Shown here: one piece after another, positions 54,195 through 58,840 of the stretch
Position numbering within the stretch: position 1 is the first letter of the stretch
Layout: every line of letters begins with the position of its first letter
Source of the DNA: a virus
Taxonomy: Duplodnaviria > Caudoviricetes
DNA length: 58,840 bases
Reading direction: 5' to 3' (one strand)
Virus record (IMG/VR): IMGVR_UViG_3300050119_000051
Location: 1 to 58,840 of that record
Translations under genes and position numbers: made by a program
Notes under the pieces: model-generated
The model's database searches: none
Seen by the model: only the letters and a program-made list of their open reading frames with translations
Told to the model about the DNA's origin: nothing

Positions 54195-56279
54195 TTAATG
54201 CGCCGCGTACGCGCCCAAGTCGTTGACGTTCGGCCGAGGCACGATGCCGATCACCGTATTGCCGTACTGACCTGTTACCTGCAGATTCGACAAGCTAGCC
54301 GCCGCATTCGGTACGCTGATAGGATAGGCCGTGGCCTCTCTGAGCAGCGGCGAGCCAGACGTTGCGGACAAGGTAAAGTCGCCATTCAACAGTGGACTTG
54401 TGCCAGTGATCACATTGCCTTGATTGTTGAGCGTGACCGTATTGCCGTTCTCGCCACTGCCCACGTAGCCGGTTGAGATCCAGTTCGTATCGATGAGATT
54501 GACCGTTCCGCAGCAGATGCCCAGCTCGTAGGTATCGTCCGGTGCTCGCGCGTTGAACCAGATGACATTATCGGCAGCGTCCACCGATTGCTGGTTGCTG
54601 GGCATATCAAAGATGCCCCAGCGCGTATAGTCGGCAGTCTCGTTCTCGACCACGACCGTGTTGTAATAGAAATACAGCGGGCCGTTGTGGTAGTTCGAGG
54701 AACCTGTCTGATCCCCCTGGCTGTCGCCGCCCCAGTGGATGAGATCTGTTGAGCAGATGCCCAGCGCACAGTTATCGACGATCACGTTGCCGTATACCCA
54801 GCCGTAGTTGTAGAGCGGATCGGCCTGCACAATGTCCCCGCCCTCCGGGTCAACCAGATCAATCGCCCGTGCGGAGGCGACGATGGTGTTGTTGCGGATG
54901 ACCGGGCCGCTGCTGCGGTCCTTGAGTGAGCTGCCTTGGGCGCTCGGAATCAGAGCATTGATGAAATTGCCCTCATACAACGAGCGAATCCCCTGCACGT
55001 AAATGTTGTGAACGAGGTAGCTGCCGCTCAGGCCGTTGTTGAAGAAGTCGTTCCCGCGCAGCGTGACAAACGAGCTAAAGCGCTGATCGTCCTGCGTGTT
55101 GAAGAAAACACCGCCATCGTTGGCGTCAATGGTGTCGTATTGGATCGTGGTGTGATCCACGGCGACACCATAGACGGCGTAAGCCCCGGAGGCATAGTTC
55201 ACGATCTGGCCGGAATGGTTGGTGAATTTATTGGTGCCCTTGGCGCCTGTCATCTCCACGTTCTGAATGGTGATGTAGCTTTGCCGTGTAGCGTAGGCTT
55301 CAGTCGGCCCCCACAGGAACACGATCAGGCCCAGCGGCTCGACAATCGTGCCGGCGGTTCCGGACCAGAACCCGGCCACAATGCCGTCGGCGGCCGTGAC
55401 GGCATTGGCGCCATCGATCACCGGGCGATCGCAATTGGCGTCAGTCACACCATTGATCACGATCGGCTGCGCTGCGGTTCCAACGGCCTGAAGGCCGATC
55501 TTGGTGTTGTAGTGCGCCGCCTGATAATAGATATTCACCACATCTCCGGGCGCCAATGACAGCCAAGGCACTGCCGTGAGCGTGGTGTACTTCTGCCCAG
55601 GACCGACGTTGTAGGTCGCGTGCGAGCCGGTCATGGGCTGCGATACGCAGGTCGTCGGCGTTGCCGCGATAGCCGGCGGCCACAGCGCTGTCCCGCCGCT
55701 CGAAGATGAGCTGGAGGACGATGAGCTGCCGCTGGAGCTTGACGAACTCGACGAGCTTGAGCTTCCCGAGGAACTGGACGAGGAACTATGGCCGCCGGAA
55801 CTGCTCGAGGACGATGAGCTGGATCCGCCCGATGAGCTTGAGCTGGACGAAGAACTTGACGAACTAGACGATGATCCGCCACTTGAAGAACTACTGCTCG
55901 ATGACGAACTGCCGCCGCCGGTCAGTGTCAGAACCCCGTTCGCCGCCGCGCTGCCCGTGAGTGGATAGCTTGCAGTTTTGGTGACGACGCTGTTGACGTA
56001 GACCGCAGTGCCCGAAAGCGCAACCGATTTGCTTCCCTTGACCTCATTGAGCGTGCAGCCCTTGAGCGAATAGGTGCCGGACTGCAATGCAGGAATTGAG
56101 GCCGTGCCGGAGCAACCAAAACTGCCGGAGCCGGTAGCCACAGCAGGCAACGTCAGCGCGCCGGAAATACCGACTTTGTACTGACCGTTCATAGCCGCAG
56201 CAGTGCCGGAAAACGGGTACGATTGCGCGAACGCTGCGGGCGCGAACGCCAGCAAAATAAGAAACAAAAGACGTGTCAT
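54195..56279 (-). CDS. Secreted right-handed beta-helix (polysaccharide lyase-like) protein with poly-Ser linker
   Basis: MTRLLFLILLAFAPAAFA|QS with GGAG RBS; long Ser/Gly linker; TYNVGPGQ...PW..LAPGDVV.I, HNIYVQG...YEGN, LKDRSSG.VIRNN. Confidence 0.8.
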   Translation of the reverse strand: MTRLLFLILLAFAPAAFAQSYPFSGTAAAMNGQYKVGISGALTLPAVATGSGSFGCSGTASIPALQSGTYSLKGCTLNEVKGSKSVALSGTAVYVNSVVTKTASYPLTGSAAANGVLTLTGGGSSSSSSSSSSGGSSSSSSSSSSSSSSSGGSSSSSSSSSGGHSSSSSSSGSSSSSSSSSSSGSSSSSSSSSSGGTALWPPAIAATPTTCVSQPMTGSHATYNVGPGQKYTTLTAVPWLSLAPGDVVNIYYQAAHYNTKIGLQAVGTAAQPIVINGVTDANCDRPVIDGANAVTAADGIVAGFWSGTAGTIVEPLGLIVFLWGPTEAYATRQSYITIQNVEMTGAKGTNKFTNHSGQIVNYASGAYAVYGVAVDHTTIQYDTIDANDGGVFFNTQDDQRFSSFVTLRGNDFFNNGLSGSYLVHNIYVQGIRSLYEGNFINALIPSAQGSSLKDRSSGPVIRNNTIVASARAIDLVDPEGGDIVQADPLYNYGWVYGNVIVDNCALGICSTDLIHWGGDSQGDQTGSSNYHNGPLYFYYNTVVVENETADYTRWGIFDMPSNQQSVDAADNVIWFNARAPDDTYELGICCGTVNLIDTNWISTGYVGSGENGNTVTLNNQGNVITGTSPLLNGDFTLSATSGSPLLREATAYPISVPNAAASLSNLQVTGQYGNTVIGIVPRPNVNDLGAYAAH

Positions 56280-56576
56280 ATCGATCTCCGTGCATAAAGG
56301 GTGAGTTTGCGAATAGGTTTTCGATGGCCGCGATCGAGCGCGCGGCTCAATAGACGCATTGCGAAGAACAGTGCGGCGATGGCAAGGAAGGCGGTGGCGC
56401 TCATGGCTCGCTGCCCTGATCCACATCGATTGAATCGGTCATGTCGTGCTGGGGCGGCAACGGTGGCAACGGCTTTGCGGTCAGCGCCTTGATGGCCTTG
56501 GCGTGCTCGCTGAAGCGAATCCATTGACCCTTATCGTTGGCCTTGGGACTGCCGCGAAGGGTGTAGCGCTGAATAT

Positions 56577-57185
56577 TCATGGCGCGGCTCTCATGATTGC
56601 GCGCCCGATGATTTCCGCGATCTGCGGGACGACGGCGTTGCCGAGGGCTCTAAGGCGGTGTGCCCGATCGGCAGGCCCATCAACCATTCTCGGAACGTGT
56701 ACGACCTGACGAGGTCCTGGCGGCCAGTATCCACAAGCTGATCGCAGAGGTTCGCTATGTGCAGCCGTCCATTGTTGCCCCGACGTTCCCGGTTTCCGCG
56801 CCCAGATTGGCCCTTGTAATCCCGCGTCGTCGGGGTATGCCAGTATCCAGGCTCGTTTTCGGTGCTGACTGGCTCCAATATCGTCAGCTCCAAGCACTCG
56901 CCATTCCGCGTCATACCGCAGGTCGGCAAGGTCTCCGAGAACGGTGAGAAGTCCTCTAACAGTGAGAGCTGCAACGTTCTCCACAATCGCAAACTTCGGT
57001 CGTACCTCGCCAATAAGCCGGGCGAATTCGCACCAAAGCCCGCTGCGCTCGCCAGAGAGGCCCGCGCGCCTTCCGGCATGACTGACGTCTTGGCAGGGGA
57101 AGCCGCCGCATATGACGTCTGCTGAGGCTCCCGTAAGCGTTCTGACGTCTTCATGGCACGGGATGCCGGGCCAGTGCTTTGCAAG
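56577..57185 (-). pseudogene. C5 cytosine DNA methyltransferase lacking its N-terminus (motif I)
   Basis: LAKHWP...DVICGGFPCQDVS.AG...ENV...HRKRAWI...RLRALGNAVVP; in-frame stop just upstream and no start codon. Confidence 0.85.
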
Positions 57186-57279
57186 GCCCGCTCGACTTCA
57201 TATAGCCCAGCCACGGCCAGCACTCATCCGGCCCACGCTTATCGACCTTGGCCCAGAATGATGGGTCTTTGATGCTCAT
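57186..57279 (-). pseudogene. N-terminal stub of an HNH endonuclease
   Basis: MSIKDPSFWAKVDKRGPDECWPWLGYMKSSG, then joined out of frame to the methylase. Confidence 0.75.
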
Positions 57280-57316
57280 GCCGCGATCAACTCGTTAGCC
57301 TTCGCCAGCAGTTCAG

Positions 57317-57604
57317 CTACCACGACACCACCTCGTCCTTGATCAACGCTGCCTGGGTGCGCATCACGCCACGCAGCAGCAGCAGCAGCTCGCGTCCTTC
57401 ACGGTTTGCGCTGGTCTCCTGATCCACGAACGAATGGCACCGACTGCAACACCACGCGCCGAGTAGGTCGGGACTTTCAAGGCCCATCCCAGAGATCCCC
57501 ACTTGGCGGACGTGCGCAAGGACAACTGTGCTGCTATCTCCATTACAAGCCGGAGACCTAACCAAACACGGCTTGTCGCGCGCGTAGTCCCGCAAGTTGG
57601 TCAC
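57317..57604 (-). CDS. DUF1364/YbcO-like putative nuclease
   Basis: LRDYARDKPCLVR...CNGDSSTVVLAH...GMG...DLLGAWCCSRCH..VD. Confidence 0.8.
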   Translation of the reverse strand: MTNLRDYARDKPCLVRSPACNGDSSTVVLAHVRQVGISGMGLESPDLLGAWCCSRCHSFVDQETSANREGRELLLLLRGVMRTQAALIKDEVVSW

Positions 57605-57614
57605 GGCGCTTTCC

Positions 57615-57797
57615 TCAGCGCCCTACTGTGACGCATGCGGTCGGCATGGTATTTTCTATAGGCATCGGTATCGCCACGATGAATGGAAAAGCCTTGATCA
57701 GCAGCAGTATCAGGCAGGCACCAACTAGACCAATGAACCACAAGGCCAACTGCCACAGGCCGTCCAGCGTCTCTAGTACGAAGCGCTTAAAGGTCAT
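57615..57797 (-). CDS. Small membrane protein
   Basis: MTFKRFVLETLDGLWQLALWFIGLVGACLILLLI. Confidence 0.5.
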   Translation of the reverse strand: MTFKRFVLETLDGLWQLALWFIGLVGACLILLLIKAFPFIVAIPMPIENTMPTACVTVGR

Positions 57798-57889
57798 CGC
57801 ATGATCCAGATTATCAGGACCGTGACGGAGACCACCACCACGATCAGAGTGATTCTGCCAGATAGGGACATACCGGGATCGGGTCTCAT
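57794..57889 (-). CDS. 31-aa single-TM peptide (not in ORF track)
   Basis: MRPDPGMSLSGRITLIVVVVSVTVLIIWIMR*; ATGA overlaps on both sides. Confidence 0.5.
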   Translation of the reverse strand: MRPDPGMSLSGRITLIVVVVSVTVLIIWIMR

Positions 57890-58065
57890 CGGCGCTGATC
57901 CCGTTCAAACTGGCCCTGCCAGTCCCGAGTATCCTCTGCCGGCTCCTGATCGCTATAGTCGTGATCGTCATTGAAGCCCAGGAACTTGCCGATAAAGCAG
58001 GATATGCCCAGTAGCACAAACGCGCCTATCGGCAGGCTGATCGCGAGTAAATTAAACCAGTTCAT
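57886..58065 (-). CDS. Small single-TM protein with acidic tail
   Basis: MNWFNLLAISLPIGAFVLLGISCFIGKFL. Confidence 0.55.
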   Translation of the reverse strand: MNWFNLLAISLPIGAFVLLGISCFIGKFLGFNDDHDYSDQEPAEDTRDWQGQFERDQRR

Positions 58066-58190
58066 CTTCGCTCTCCTCATCATTCCACTGCTCTCTTGCC
58101 GCCTTCTCCTCGCGATCCGCATTCATCTCCGCCATGCTCTCGGCATCACTGCCGATATCGTCGGTGCAGTCGCCGTAGGACTCGTATGGA

Positions 58191-58433
58191 TCAGCCACGG
58201 GGAAACACCATCGGCACCTTGGGGCCGAGTACGTTGAAGATTTTGTCAAACACATCGGTGGTCTGGTTCGAGCCAGCGGAAGCACTGAAAGCGGTTTCGG
58301 CGTTGCGCGCCTCGATGCGCTCTTTCATCGCCATCAAGCGCTCCAGTTTCTCCACATCGACGGCAGGATTGAGGGCCGCGCGCTCGATCATGGAAAGCGT
58401 TTCGTCGCGTGCGACCAGTGCGGTATCGTTCAT
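58191..58433 (-). pseudogene. Truncated ERF-family single-strand annealing protein
   Basis: SMIERAALNPAVDVEKLERLMAMKER..ARNAETAF is the usual ERF N-terminal extension; the ERF core is missing. Confidence 0.7.
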
Positions 58434-58591
58434 TGTGTGTGCTCCGAAGTTTCTGACGCCCGATCCATTATGAAATCCTCGTACTCGCGGTCGTTGTCTT
58501 CGACTTCTTCGGCGTGGCCGGCTTCTCCGCAATGCGGGCTCTGTGCGTTGGCAAGAGGTTCACCGCAGTACGGGCACATCCAGTGGGTCAT
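58430..58591 (-). CDS. Small Zn-ribbon-like protein
   Basis: MTHWMCPYCGEP...HCGEAGH; AGGAG RBS. Confidence 0.5.
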   Translation of the reverse strand: MTHWMCPYCGEPLANAQSPHCGEAGHAEEVEDNDREYEDFIMDRASETSEHTQ

Positions 58592-58595
58592 GGCG

Positions 58596-58748
58596 CTACT
58601 CCTTGCCGTCACTGAAACAATCGCCGTCGATAGGGTTACGCCAGCCCTCGTCATCGCACCAGCGGATGCAGCGGCCGATGAACAGGCCCGCATAGACCGA
58701 TAGGACCAGCGCTGCCATGACGATGGTGAAGGCGGCTTGAATGCTCAT
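58596..58748 (-). CDS. Small single-TM protein
   Basis: MSIQAAFTIVMAALVLSVYAGLFIGRCIR. Confidence 0.5.
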   Translation of the reverse strand: MSIQAAFTIVMAALVLSVYAGLFIGRCIRWCDDEGWRNPIDGDCFSDGKE

Positions 58749-58840
58749 GCTGCTTCCGTGAGCCAAAGCCACTGGCAACCCGGCGCGTTCATGTCGATTA
58801 GAATTTCGACGACTTTCTCGCAGAAGTCGGCGAGCGATTT
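58745..58840 (-). CDS. C-terminal end of a gene entering from the right edge
   Basis: ...KSLADFCEKVVEILIDMNAPGCQWLWLTEAA* with an ATGA overlap to the next gene. Confidence 0.5.
   Translation of the reverse strand, partial: KSLADFCEKVVEILIDMNAPGCQWLWLTEAA

Noticed and set aside
55633-55968. Acidic ELDELD ORF on the plus strand (similar ORF at 48854-49168)
   Set aside because: Antisense shadow of the poly-Ser linkers.
57186-57203. Double micro-deletion in the C5-MTase start (MK...ERA...LAKHW)
   Set aside because: The upstream sequence is better explained as an HNH N-terminus (…WLGYMKSSG), so one junction suffices.
56591-57223. 210-aa alternative-frame ORF over the methylase
   Set aside because: Overlaps the frame carrying the PCQ/ENV motifs; I cannot support independent function from sequence alone.
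1-58840. Stop-codon reassignment as the cause of short ORFs
   Set aside because: Long structural genes read through in the standard code and end in TAA, TAG and TGA; the breaks are frame changes, not in-frame stops.

Overview
The window is most of a ~59 kb tailed dsDNA phage or prophage genome with a short-tailed, P22/podovirus-like morphogenesis module. Both edges cut genes of the same minus-strand early operon, and the left edge breaks inside a 9-bp tandem repeat. The plus strand runs: Cro-like HTH, SNF2 and SF2 helicases, VRR-NUC nuclease, RHH regulator, Toprim/VirE primase-helicase, an origin-like repeat cluster, a small serine recombinase, TerS/TerL, portal, GroES-like co-chaperonin, scaffold, capsid, fibre/tail genes, GNAT, ejection proteins and a long lysis/membrane cassette. 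The minus strand (49.7-58.8 kb) carries small early and accessory genes. Four things stand out. (1) Three consecutive tail-fibre/tailspike-like genes inside the virion operon begin with Sec-type signal peptides and are Cys-rich, which suggests exported, disulfide-bonded fibres or adhesins. (2) A recurrent [FYRKM]-x-x-G-G motif punctuates five head/ejection proteins and delimits swappable modules, including a Nudix domain, which suggests a cargo-tagging or polyprotein-processing system. (3) Three further exported proteins carry poly-Ser linkers. (4) At least five deletion or fusion scars hit non-structural genes (both DNA methyltransferases, ERF, SLT lysin, an HNH) while structural and core replication genes stay open. 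Family assignments come from motif recognition by eye; no searches were run.
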